This document shows positions 1 through 9,176 of a stretch of 64,000 bases of DNA, one piece after another. The notes beneath the pieces were generated by a model. That model searched no databases and had not been told where the DNA came from. It was given only the letters and a program-made list of their open reading frames with translations. Position 1 is the stretch's first letter. Each line of letters opens with the position of its first letter. Source of the stretch: an uncultured Chloroflexia bacterium (GTDB taxonomy: Bacteria; Chloroflexota; Limnocylindria; Limnocylindrales; CSP1-4). The stretch spans positions 467,591-531,590 of the forward strand of contig CAVVCZ010000005.1 in assembly GCA_963746845.1 (NCBI GenBank), in the 5' to 3' direction. The translations under genes were made by a program, and so were the position numbers.

Positions 1-421
1 TCCCGGCCGTGCAGTCCGCGTCGGCGGCGATCGCGATCGCGAACGTCACGTCGTTGACCGTCTTGCCGATGGCCTTGAGCGCATCGATCATGTCGCTCTG
101 GCCGGACTGCGCGAACGCCGCGCCGGTCACGCTCGCCTTCGTCGACGTCTTGCCACACATCGTCCCGGGGAGGAGGGCCTCGAGGTCCTTGACCTCGCTC
201 GGGAGCGAGAAGCCGGGGACGGGCTCGCTCGGGGCGGCGACGCTCGGCTCGGCCGCGCTCGGCTCGGCGACGCTCGGCGCGGCGACCGACGGCGCCGCCG
301 CGGACGGCACCACGGCGGCCTCGCTGTTCGAGGGCGACGGGCTGGCGCCACCGGAACAGGCACTCAGCACCACGGCCATTGCGACGGAGGCAAGCCCTCC
401 GACGATGGTTCGGCGAACCAT
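1..421 (-). CDS. Hypothetical lipoprotein (5' part; runs off window edge)
   Basis: ATG at 421 with GGAGG RBS; MVRRTIVGGLASVAMAVVLSAC lipobox followed by Ser/Pro/Ala-rich linker; read directly from sequence. Confidence 0.75.
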   Translation of the reverse strand, partial: MVRRTIVGGLASVAMAVVLSACSGGASPSPSNSEAAVVPSAAAPSVAAPSVAEPSAAEPSVAAPSEPVPGFSLPSEVKDLEALLPGTMCGKTSTKASVTGAAFAQSGQSDMIDALKAIGKTVNDVTFAIAIAADADCTAG

Positions 422-491
422 GGAATATTCCTCCCCGAGGCGAGCCATCGGCGCGGGTCCAGCGAGCACTGGACGGGACGATGGACGGAGT

Positions 492-1604
492 CTAGCCATC
501 TCCCGTCAACGTGCCATCGGGCGCAGCCCCGACGGTCGTATCACGCTCGAACGGCCCCTGTGGATGGGCCGCTCCGAGCCGGAGCGCCCGGTCGATGTCG
601 GCCTCGGAGGCCACGCCCTCGGCCACCGCGATGCCTGCCTCTGCGTCGATCGCGGCCAGGATCCGGGCCCGGATCGCCGCGGCGTCGGCCGCGGGTGCGG
701 GCGCGTCCCGGAACCGGTCCGAGACCGCCGTCACCCGGCCGGCCTCGTAGCGATAGAACCCCTGACCGGTCTTGCGGCCGAGCTGCCGGGCCTCGACGAG
801 CTCGGTCTGGATCGGCGACGGACGGAGCCGGTCCGGCCGGCCTAGCCCTTCCCAGATCGCGGCGGCGGCGGCGGTCGTGACGTCGATCCCCGTCAGGTCC
901 ATCAGCTCGAAGGGGCCGAGGGGGAAGCCGCCGTCACGCATCGCGTCGTCGATCGCCTCGACGCCGGCCCGGCCCTCCTCGAGGATCCGGAGGGCCTCGA
1001 TCGTGAACGGGCGGTTCACCCGGTTGACGATGAAGCCGGGGGTGTCCGCCGACCGGACCGCCGTTCGACCCCACGACTCGACGAGGCGCGTCAAATCGGC
1101 CACGACGGCCGGGTCGGTCGCGGGTGTCGGGACGACCTCGACCAGGCGCATGACCGGTGCCGGGTTGAAGAAGTGGAGCCCGAGGACGCGCTCCGGGCGC
1201 CGCGTGGCCGACGCGATCGAAGCGATCGAGAGCGCGCTCGTGTTCGTCGCGAGGACCGTCCCGGGGTCGGCGACGCCGTCGAGGGTCCGGAAGATCGTCT
1301 GCTTCAGCTCGAGATCCTCGAGCGCCGCCTCGACGACGACGTCCGCTTCGTCGCCCAGCGCCTCGAGGACGTCGGTCTCGCGGAGCCGGGCGATCCGCTC
1401 GGCGACCCAGTCGTCGATCCCCGCCGGGTCCCCGACGAGCTTCGCCGCGCGGCGGGTCAGCCCGCCGGCGATCCGGTCCCGGCCCCGTCGCAGGGCCGGC
1501 TCGTCGACATCGTGCAGGACGGTCTCGTGACCGGCTTCCAGGGCAAGTTGGGCGATCCCGGCGCCCATCACGCCTGCCCCCACGACGCCGATCACCTCGT
1601 TCAT
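492..1604 (-). CDS. paaH: 3-hydroxyacyl-CoA dehydrogenase (PaaH-like)
   Basis: GVVGAGVMGAGIA Rossmann motif, ATNTSAL, GLHFFNPAPVM, PGFIVNR; last gene of paa operon. Confidence 0.9.
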   Translation of the reverse strand: MNEVIGVVGAGVMGAGIAQLALEAGHETVLHDVDEPALRRGRDRIAGGLTRRAAKLVGDPAGIDDWVAERIARLRETDVLEALGDEADVVVEAALEDLELKQTIFRTLDGVADPGTVLATNTSALSIASIASATRRPERVLGLHFFNPAPVMRLVEVVPTPATDPAVVADLTRLVESWGRTAVRSADTPGFIVNRVNRPFTIEALRILEEGRAGVEAIDDAMRDGGFPLGPFELMDLTGIDVTTAAAAAIWEGLGRPDRLRPSPIQTELVEARQLGRKTGQGFYRYEAGRVTAVSDRFRDAPAPAADAAAIRARILAAIDAEAGIAVAEGVASEADIDRALRLGAAHPQGPFERDTTVGAAPDGTLTGDG

Positions 1605-2062
1605 CAGATCGGTTTGAAGGCCTCGAACGGATTTCGGCAATCGCGGCAGTAGAAGAGGGATCGACAGAGGGTCGGGCCGAAGGCGCTGTCCATCGCGACC
1701 CGCGACGAGGCGCAGTACGGGCAGCGGACGTCCGCCGGTTCCGCGGGCGGGGCGATTCCGGCGGCACGGAGCCCGGCATGCCCTGCAGGGGTCAGGCGGT
1801 CGGTGGTCCACGGGACCGCGAACGTGAAGTCGACCGTGACCGGGCGCCCGAGGCTCGCGAGCGCATCGGTCACCGTCGCGCGGATGACCTCGAGGGCCGG
1901 GCACGCGACGAACGTCGGGAGGAGCTCGATGCGGATCCCGTCATCGTCGACGCGGACGTCGTGGACGAGGCCGAGATCGACGATCGAGACGGTCGGGATC
2001 TCGGGGTCGTGGACCGTCCCGAGGACGTCCGTCACCACTGCCGCCGACACTGGCGCCGTCAT
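1604..2062 (-). CDS. paaD: Phenylacetyl-CoA epoxidase subunit D (DUF59 + Zn ribbon)
   Basis: VHDPEIPTVSIVDLG, PTFVACPA, CPYC...CRSLFYCRDCRNPFEAFK. Confidence 0.92.
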   Translation of the reverse strand: MTAPVSAAVVTDVLGTVHDPEIPTVSIVDLGLVHDVRVDDDGIRIELLPTFVACPALEVIRATVTDALASLGRPVTVDFTFAVPWTTDRLTPAGHAGLRAAGIAPPAEPADVRCPYCASSRVAMDSAFGPTLCRSLFYCRDCRNPFEAFKPI

Positions 2063-2895
2063 CACCACGTCGCGCCGACCTCGGACCGGCGAACCATGGT
2101 GAACTCGGCGTGGAGGGCACGGAACGCGTCGGAGTGGGCCGTGCGGGCAGTGCCGGGATCGCGGGTCGGCGGCAGCGGCGCCAGGCCGAGACGCGCGAGC
2201 TGCGCGTTCGCCTCGACGCGCCAGCGCGCCTCGACGGCCGGAAAGGGCTCCGCGATGATCCCGTGCCGGACGAGTGCCGGCTCCCCGGGGAGTGGCGTCA
2301 GCACCGTGCCGGCGTCCGGCCCCATGACGTCGAGCGCCGCGATCAGGCGCCGACGCGGTTCGCCGCCCGCATCCGCGAGCCGCTCGAGCCACGCGTCGAC
2401 GTGCATCCGGTGATAGCGCTCCTCGCGCCGGATCTTGGCGACGAGCTCACGGAGCGGCGCGTGCGTCGTGTCCGCGAGGGCCGTCAGACGCGCCGCGTCG
2501 GCCGTCTCGTAGAGCCAGCGCCGGGCGATCGTCGCCGCCCAGTCGCCGCGCGGATGGTCGAGCAGGCGAGCGTGGAGGTAGCCTTCCGGCGGCCGGTCGT
2601 AGGCGACCGCGTCCGCGTCCGGGCCGTCGGCGACCGCGTCCGCGTCCGGGCCGTCGGCGACGAGGTCCGCGAACAGCCCGTACAAGGCCTGGGCATGACC
2701 CAGCTCGTCCTGGGCGAGCGAGCTGATCGCAACGTCCTCCTCGAGGATCGGTCCGATCCCGGTCCACTCGGAGTCGCTGAACCCGATGACGAACTCGTCG
2801 TCGGCCATCGACAGGAGGAGCACGGCGAGCGCCCGCTCGCGGCCGTCGCCGGCACCGGTGAAGTCCATCGCGATCTTCGGGTACTCCGTCGTCAT
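2062..2895 (-). CDS. paaC: Phenylacetyl-CoA epoxidase subunit C
   Basis: MADDE, EEDVAISSLAQDELGHA, KIRREERYH; operon position. Confidence 0.92.
   Translation of the reverse strand: MTTEYPKIAMDFTGAGDGRERALAVLLLSMADDEFVIGFSDSEWTGIGPILEEDVAISSLAQDELGHAQALYGLFADLVADGPDADAVADGPDADAVAYDRPPEGYLHARLLDHPRGDWAATIARRWLYETADAARLTALADTTHAPLRELVAKIRREERYHRMHVDAWLERLADAGGEPRRRLIAALDVMGPDAGTVLTPLPGEPALVRHGIIAEPFPAVEARWRVEANAQLARLGLAPLPPTRDPGTARTAHSDAFRALHAEFTMVRRSEVGATW
2602..2661. repeat. Perfect 27-bp tandem duplication inside paaC (VADGPDADA x2)
   Basis: ggcgaccgcgtccgcgtccgggccgtc repeated twice plus a 6-bp partial copy. Confidence 0.9.
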
Positions 2896-3233
2896 CGATC
2901 GCCCGCGTTCGCCTTCGGCTTCGCCTGCCCCGACTGCTCACGTGCCGCTGCCAGCTTGTCGCGCATGACGTAGCCGCCCGGCTTCTTGAACGACCGATCG
3001 AGCGGCGGCTGGAGGAGGTCCGGATCGGCCAGGTCGTGGATGTCCGCCCGCCGGACGACCCAGAGGTGGACGCTCTCTTGGCGCCGTCCGTACATCTCGC
3101 GGGCGTAGTGGAGGGCGAGCGTGGCATCGGGCGCCATCACCGAACCGCCGTGACGCATCGGGTCGCCGTCCTTCTCCCGGCGGAAGACCTCCCAGGGCTC
3201 GAGGACGCCCGCCGGCGCCGTCGCGTCTGTCAT
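2892..3233 (-). CDS. paaB: Phenylacetyl-CoA epoxidase subunit B
   Basis: WEVFRR...HGGSVMAPDATLALHYAREMYGRRQE..LWVV. Confidence 0.9.
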   Translation of the reverse strand: MTDATAPAGVLEPWEVFRREKDGDPMRHGGSVMAPDATLALHYAREMYGRRQESVHLWVVRRADIHDLADPDLLQPPLDRSFKKPGGYVMRDKLAAAREQSGQAKPKANAGDR

Positions 3234-4222
3234 GCGGCGGCTCGGGGCGCCGAGAGAATCGCGTCGCGGACCCACTGCGTGGCGGCCCAGTTGTCGCGGC
3301 GGAACTGGAGCCGCTCCTGGGACATCGGGCCGTGGTTCGTGACGACCGTCCGGAGCTCGTTCCAGTCGGGCTCCGCGTAGCGCCAGTCGCCGGTGGCGAC
3401 GTCGAGACCCAGCTCGGGATCGGGCAGCGTCAATCCGAGCTCCCAGATCCGCGGCACGTAGATGCCGAGGAACTCCTGGCGCAGCTCCTCGCTCGTCTTC
3501 GCCTTGATCCGCCAGTGGATGTCACGGTCCTTGGAGCGGTCGCTGCGTGGGCCGTGCATCTGCATCAGCGGGCCCCACCAGCGGTCGAGCGCCTCCTGGA
3601 TCGCCCCCCGCTGGGCCGGCGTGCCGGTCGCCATCGTCACGACGACGTCGCGCCCGTGCATGATGTGGACGCTCTCCTCCCAGCAGATCTTCCGCATCGT
3701 CCGGGCATACGGGGCGTAGCTGCTGTCGCGCAGCGCCTGCTGGGCGACGATCGCCGCCGCGTCCACGAGCCAGGCGATGATCCCGATGTCGGCCCACGAC
3801 TTCGTCGGGTAGTGGAAGACGTTGTGGAACTTCGTCTTCCCGTCGAGCAGGTCCTGGATCATCGCCTCGCGCGGCTTGCCGAGGTCTTCGGCGACCCGGT
3901 ACAGCAGCTGGGCGTGCCCGACCTCGTCCTGGACCTTCGCGGTGAGGGCGAGCTTCCGGCGGAGGGTCGGCGCCCGCATGATCCATTCGCGCTCGGGCAG
4001 GACGCCCATGAGCTCGCTGTTCGCGTGCATCTCGACGAACCGGAGCACCTGGGTCCGGTACTCGTCGGGCATCCAGTCGGACGCCTCGACCTTGCCGCCG
4101 CCCGTCACGTGCTCCTCGAAGTGCCGGTAGCGCTCGTCGTGATCGAGCGCCTCGTCGTTGAACGGCAGCTGGCTGCGCTCGCGGGCCGGCAGAACAGGAT
4201 CGAGTGCGAGCGGATCGGTCAT
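3230..4222 (-). CDS. paaA: Phenylacetyl-CoA epoxidase subunit A
   Basis: KVEASDWMP, HANSE, AKVQDEVGH, CWEESVH di-iron motifs. Confidence 0.95.
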   Translation of the reverse strand: MTDPLALDPVLPARERSQLPFNDEALDHDERYRHFEEHVTGGGKVEASDWMPDEYRTQVLRFVEMHANSELMGVLPEREWIMRAPTLRRKLALTAKVQDEVGHAQLLYRVAEDLGKPREAMIQDLLDGKTKFHNVFHYPTKSWADIGIIAWLVDAAAIVAQQALRDSSYAPYARTMRKICWEESVHIMHGRDVVVTMATGTPAQRGAIQEALDRWWGPLMQMHGPRSDRSKDRDIHWRIKAKTSEELRQEFLGIYVPRIWELGLTLPDPELGLDVATGDWRYAEPDWNELRTVVTNHGPMSQERLQFRRDNWAATQWVRDAILSAPRAAA

Positions 4223-4809
4223 CGGTGGTCCTCCGAGAGGGCGCGGAGCGCGAGGTCGACGTAGTGGTCGGCGATCCGGTCGGCGGTCAGGCGGCCGTCC
4301 GGGCGGTACCAGGTCGCGATGCCGTTGAGGGCGGTGAGGACGAAGGTCGCCGCGAGGGCGACATCGGTCGCCCCGAAGGCCCCGACCGCGATCCCATCCT
4401 CGATCGTCGTCCGGAACCTGGCTTCGTAGGCGTCCCGGCGAGCGGCGATGGCGGCCCGGCGCTCTGCGGAGAGGTGGCGCCATTCCGTGAGGAAGACGCT
4501 CGAGCGCTGCGGGTCGGCGGTCACGACCTCGACGTGGGCCTCCACGAGGGCGGCCAGCCGGTCGACGGGGTCCGTGCCGGCGGCTTCGGCGACGGCCGAC
4601 TCGGCCGCCCCCTCGAAGGTCGTCGCCGCCCGATCGACGATCGACCAGAGGACATCCTCCTTCGACGCGACGTGGGCGTAGAGGCTGGCCCCCTGGATGT
4701 CGAGCGCCTTCGCGATGTCGCGGACGCTCGTCGCCGCGTAACCGTTCGCATGGAACAGCTCGCTAGCCACGTCGTCGATCTCGCGGCGTCGCGTTCCGGT
4801 CTCGATCAT
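4219..4809 (-). CDS. paaR: TetR-family regulator (PaaR-like)
   Basis: GYAATSVRDIAKALDIQGASLYAHVASKE HTH; first gene of paa operon. Confidence 0.85.
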   Translation of the reverse strand: MIETGTRRREIDDVASELFHANGYAATSVRDIAKALDIQGASLYAHVASKEDVLWSIVDRAATTFEGAAESAVAEAAGTDPVDRLAALVEAHVEVVTADPQRSSVFLTEWRHLSAERRAAIAARRDAYEARFRTTIEDGIAVGAFGATDVALAATFVLTALNGIATWYRPDGRLTADRIADHYVDLALRALSEDHR

Positions 4810-4815
4810 CTGGCC

Positions 4816-4844
4816 ATGATCCAACCGAACGTTCGTTAGGTCAA
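4816..4844 (-). promoter_or_regulatory. Sigma70-type promoter with embedded TetR/PaaR-type operator
   Basis: Minus strand TTGACC-17 nt-GATCAT-6 nt-ATG; imperfect 20-bp palindrome ccaaccgaacgttcgttagg (4821-4840) with perfect core cgaacgttcg. Confidence 0.75.
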
Positions 4845-4886
4845 GATCTCGGTTCGGCGGTTGCTCCCCCCTCGGAGCTTTCCGAT

Positions 4887-5561
4887 CTACGGGAAGTGAA
4901 CGCTGTCGAGCATTGCCTGCAGCGCCGCGCGATCGTCCGGGTCTGCCGCGGCATGCACGCCGAGGTCTCGCATCCCGAATAGATAGGCCACGTGGTCGTG
5001 GACCGTGATCGCGTTGTTGATCAGGATCCCGCAGTTCCATTCGAGAAGAACGCCCGGCTCGCCGCCGATCCTGATGTTGTGCTGGGCTTCCGGGGCGTCC
5101 GGGCACGTGTCGCCGTGGTACTTGACCGTGTCCGAGATCGTCTGGCTGACTACATCGGCCAACCCGCCCTTCGTCGGTGCAACGTTGGCCCACGCGCTCC
5201 TCGCGGAGGAGTCGATGAACTGGTCGGACTCGCGAGCGTCATGGCTCAGGCCCGACACCCCGTCCCAGGCCACGGTGGCCTGGATCGTCGTCCAGTTCGC
5301 CGGCACCGTCAGGGAGTACCCGTACAGGGCCGACGTGAACGTCGTCGGAACCGTCGCCGCGCTTGGAGCCGCCGTCGGCGTCGGCGTCGGATTCGACGGC
5401 GCGATGGTCGGTTTCGGGCTTGCGGCGGCGGACGACGGCAGGGCCGACGCGTCCGAACCGGCGTCGGAAGATGAACTCGCCCCGGCCCCGCCGCCCGAGC
5501 ACGCGCCGAGCGCCAGCACGACGGCGGCCAACGCCGTCATTCGTGTCCTGGTTGTCATCAT
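4887..5561 (-). CDS. Hypothetical lipoprotein
   Basis: LALGAC lipobox, S/P/T linker, FTSALYGYSLTVPANW motif, two further Cys; GGAGG RBS. Confidence 0.75.
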   Translation of the reverse strand: MMTTRTRMTALAAVVLALGACSGGGAGASSSSDAGSDASALPSSAAASPKPTIAPSNPTPTPTAAPSAATVPTTFTSALYGYSLTVPANWTTIQATVAWDGVSGLSHDARESDQFIDSSARSAWANVAPTKGGLADVVSQTISDTVKYHGDTCPDAPEAQHNIRIGGEPGVLLEWNCGILINNAITVHDHVAYLFGMRDLGVHAAADPDDRAALQAMLDSVHFP

Positions 5562-5699
5562 CGCCTCCAGGTGGATCGTCCAGCGGCCGGGGACTTGCTC
5601 TCCGTCCTCGAGACCGCACTTCCCGACCGACCTTCGCCGGACCGTGTCCAGCCCCGCCCCACGCTCGCTCTATCCGCCCTCTACGGCGGTCCGCCCATG

Positions 5700-8600
5700 T
5701 CAGAGGCCGCACGGGCCGACGTCGGGGCCGAACGTTCGGGCCGCGTCGACGCGGTCTTCGGGAACGCACGGGACATCGATCGCGCCGGCGACGATCCGAG
5801 CACCAAGTGTCTCGAGACGCGGACGGAGGTCGTCGATGAACCCGCCGCTGTACGAGAGGGCAACGCCCTGGGAGGCGAGGTCGAAGATGCGGGTGCCAGA
5901 ACGAAACTCGCCCTTCGCGAATTCCTTCAGCAAGGTGTAGACGGCCAGGTCCTGGTGGAGGACCACCGACGTCAGGATGTGGCTGCGCCACGCGTCCGGA
6001 TCGACCGCGCCAGTCAAGGATCGGACCGTCTCGAACTGGTCGCTGTCGACGCCGATCGCCCAAAGTTGCCGGCCGGGCCGGGACATCGTCGTTGCCGCGT
6101 CGAAGACGCCGATGCCGGACCCGCCGGCAGCGTGGAAGATGACGTCGGCACCGGCGTCATACATTGCGCGGGCCGCGTCTCGGGCGCCCATCGGATTGTC
6201 GAACGCGCGATGGAAATCGGCTCGCGACAAGTACGTCGAGAGGATCCGCACCTCCGGATCGATGCTCCGCGCTCCGGCCTCGAACCCCGCCTGGAATCTC
6301 CACAGATACGGGTGGTCGAGGCCCCCGATGAAGCCGATCACCCTCCCGTTGCTCGTCAGGGCCGCGGCCGCTCCGGCGAGGAACGACCCTTCCTTCGTGG
6401 CGAACGCGATCGTCGACACATTCGGCGCCACGACCTTCGCGTCGACGACGAAACGCGTCGCCGGGTAGTCGTGAATGACCGGCCGGACGTCGTCGACGAC
6501 GGCTCCCGAGACGATGATGAGCTCGGCGCCTTCGGCTGCCAGGCTCCGGAGCTCCGTCGCGGCCCCCTCGCTCTCGTCGTACAGGCGCTCCTTGCCGGCG
6601 AGGCTGAAGTCGGCAACCGCGCGATCGAACCCGTCCTCATTGAGGTCGTCGAGGGCGGCCACGCCGGGCTTCAACAGGGCCACGCGCGGGACATGGGCGA
6701 TCGCCGTCGCCCAGACGCCATAGCCAACCGCGCCGCCGAGCAAGGCAATCGCGATCACAAGGGCGACCAGCCGGATCCGCGCGCGGCCCTCGAGCCGTCG
6801 GTTCGTGTCGCGTCGCGCGGCCTCCTCGCGCTGCTCGAGATCGCGCCGAGCGACGCCCGCGTCGAGGAACGCTCGTTCACGGTCGTTCAGGTGGAGGACA
6901 CCCTCCCGGCTCAGCGTCTCGAACTCGGCCAGTCGCCCACCCGCAAGGAGGTAGTCCGGGTCGCGCCCGGACAGCTCCCATTCCTCGACCGCACCTGCAA
7001 ACGCCTCGTGGCGTCTCAGGGCACTTCGGTGTCGGTCGATCCAGCCGGCGAGTCGTTCCCACTCCCGGAAGAGCGCCTCATGGGCGACCTCGACCATCGC
7101 CTTGCCCGTGACCATGTCGCGATCGAACGAGAGGAGACGATGGCGCCCGAATGCCCCGAGCACCTCGGATAGCACGACCGGATCGAGGTCCAATCCGGTC
7201 AGGTCGGAGAGGGGGACTCGCTGCCGCGAGTCGACCGGGCCGCCGCCCAGCCGGACGAGGCGAAGGAACACCTGCATCGCGGCCCGCTGCTCATCGGGGC
7301 TCAACGCGGCGTACAACCCTTCGGCTCGTCTCGAGAGGATCCCGTTCAGGCCACCGAGGGCGCGGTAGCCGGAGAGGGTGAGGCCGGCCGGCGCCCGCTG
7401 ATCGAACAGCTCGGTGAGGGCGTACTGAAGGAGGGGCAGCGCGCTGGATCGATCGGCGGTCTCGGCGACGATCTCGGCGACCAGAGCCGGCTCCACGGGC
7501 ACGCCGACCCGCGCCGCGGGACCGACGATTGCCGCCTCGAGCTCGGTCCGGGTCATCGGCAACACGTTCACGACCGCGGGAATGAACACCTCGGCGAACG
7601 GCGGGTCGTTGAGGGGTCGGTCGTAGAAGTCGGCCCGGAGCGCGAGGACGACGACGAGCTGGCCCTCCGGCTCCGCGACGGCGGCGGCGAGCGCACCGAG
7701 GAACCGCCGCCGGACAGGCTCGTCAGTGACCGAGAAGACCTCCTCGAACTGATCGATGGCCAGGACCAGCCGCCCGTCGTCCGGCATGGTCCGAAGGGCC
7801 GGCGGACCCGAGCCCGCCGCCCGTTCGTCGAGCAGCTGCGCGAGCCCGACCGGCAGGCCCGCAATCTTCGAGACCACGGCCTCGACCTGCTCCAGCGGGT
7901 GCGGGCCCGGGATGAACGGTGCGATGAGCCACCGTTCCGATCCGGGGATCGCCCCCGCCCGCAGGCTGCGCAGCAGGCCGGCCGCCAGGACGCTCGACTT
8001 CCCCGATCCCGACGGCCCGACGAGGGCGATCAGGCGCGACCCCTCCCGGAGTCGATCGAGCAGCCTCGTCAGGAGCTCCTCTCGTCCGAAGTAGTCGGCC
8101 GCGTCGGATTCGGCGAAGGGCCGCAGGCCCTTGTACGGATTGCGCGACTCGCGGGGGTCGGCCGCGAGGTCGGCGGGCACCATGAGTGCCGGGTCGTGGA
8201 CCAGGATCCGCTCGTGCATCCGCTGGATCGGCGGGGACGGCTCGAGACCCAGCTCTTCGTCGAGGATGGCCCGGAGTCGTTCGTACGACCGCAGGGCCTC
8301 GGCATGTCGCCCGGATCGGTACAGCGCCAGCATCAGCAGCTCGCGGGACCGTTCCCGCATCGGATCCTCGCGGATGGCCGAATCGAGAAGCGAGATCACG
8401 TCGGCCGCCCGGCCGGATGTCAGCTCCGCGGATGCCAGGGCCTCGATGCCGTCGAGGTGCACGTCGTGCAACCGACGAATCTGGGGTTGGGCGAACTCGT
8501 CGTAGGCGAAGTCGGACAGAGGCGGACCGCGCCACAGGTCCAGGGCGGCGCGGACGATGGCCGCGCCGTCGTCGCGCTCGCCCGCCTCGATCCTGCGCGT

Positions 8601-8930
8601 TCCGTCCTCGATCAGTCGCTCGAACCGGCGGGCGTCGATGGCGTCCGGGTCGGCCCCCAGCATGTAGCCGGGTGGACGCGTGACGATGAGGCGATCGCCG
8701 GCGAATGGCTCGAGCGTCTTCCGGAGCTCGGAGACGTAGATCTGGATCGAATGCAGGGCGGTCCGTGGAGGGCTGTCCCCCCACAACAGGTCGATCAACC
8801 GGTCTGCCGGGACGATCTCCCCGACGTGCAGGAGGAGGATGGCCAGGACGGCCCGCTGCTTGGGCGGACCCAGCTCGGCCCGCGCCCCGTCGGTCCCCGC
8901 CTCGAGTGTCCCGAGGATCCGGAACTGCAT
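5700..8930 (-). CDS. SARP/BTAD regulator fused to nSTAND1 NTPase, TM helix and BMP-family substrate-binding domain
   Basis: MQFRILGTLE winged helix; BTAD (LWRGPPLSD, PMRER, ELGLEP); NPYKGL, GPSGSGKSS, IDQFEEVF, LRADFY; TM helix; BMP motifs EGSFLAG, GADVIFHAAG, WAIGVDSDQ. Confidence 0.88.
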   Translation of the reverse strand: MQFRILGTLEAGTDGARAELGPPKQRAVLAILLLHVGEIVPADRLIDLLWGDSPPRTALHSIQIYVSELRKTLEPFAGDRLIVTRPPGYMLGADPDAIDARRFERLIEDGTRRIEAGERDDGAAIVRAALDLWRGPPLSDFAYDEFAQPQIRRLHDVHLDGIEALASAELTSGRAADVISLLDSAIREDPMRERSRELLMLALYRSGRHAEALRSYERLRAILDEELGLEPSPPIQRMHERILVHDPALMVPADLAADPRESRNPYKGLRPFAESDAADYFGREELLTRLLDRLREGSRLIALVGPSGSGKSSVLAAGLLRSLRAGAIPGSERWLIAPFIPGPHPLEQVEAVVSKIAGLPVGLAQLLDERAAGSGPPALRTMPDDGRLVLAIDQFEEVFSVTDEPVRRRFLGALAAAVAEPEGQLVVVLALRADFYDRPLNDPPFAEVFIPAVVNVLPMTRTELEAAIVGPAARVGVPVEPALVAEIVAETADRSSALPLLQYALTELFDQRAPAGLTLSGYRALGGLNGILSRRAEGLYAALSPDEQRAAMQVFLRLVRLGGGPVDSRQRVPLSDLTGLDLDPVVLSEVLGAFGRHRLLSFDRDMVTGKAMVEVAHEALFREWERLAGWIDRHRSALRRHEAFAGAVEEWELSGRDPDYLLAGGRLAEFETLSREGVLHLNDRERAFLDAGVARRDLEQREEAARRDTNRRLEGRARIRLVALVIAIALLGGAVGYGVWATAIAHVPRVALLKPGVAALDDLNEDGFDRAVADFSLAGKERLYDESEGAATELRSLAAEGAELIIVSGAVVDDVRPVIHDYPATRFVVDAKVVAPNVSTIAFATKEGSFLAGAAAALTSNGRVIGFIGGLDHPYLWRFQAGFEAGARSIDPEVRILSTYLSRADFHRAFDNPMGARDAARAMYDAGADVIFHAAGGSGIGVFDAATTMSRPGRQLWAIGVDSDQFETVRSLTGAVDPDAWRSHILTSVVLHQDLAVYTLLKEFAKGEFRSGTRIFDLASQGVALSYSGGFIDDLRPRLETLGARIVAGAIDVPCVPEDRVDAARTFGPDVGPCGL

Positions 8931-9176
8931 CGACTGCCTCGCTGGCGCCGCGACTGTGGCCGATGGTGGGCGCGGCCACACGCGCGGTCAACTCCGGGAC
9001 AGGCTGGTGACGGGCGTTCTAGGGACGCTCTACGGCCGACGGACGCGGTTGGTGTGCAGGTCCGCACGCTTCGCACGCGAGGCCGATCGCGATCCGGAGT
9101 ACGCTTGTGGCCTGACCGGTCGGTGTACCGGCGTCCGCTGTGGACGCCCTCGGCCCTTCTTGAGCAAGGACCGACC

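Noticed and set aside
225-305. 15-bp periodic gctcggc repeats
   Set aside because: They encode the (A/E)PSVA low-complexity linker of a lipoprotein
5610-5650. Possible 11-bp-period SARP binding repeats (cgaccgacc / cgccggacc)
   Set aside because: Only two imperfect GC-rich copies; not distinguishable from background by eye
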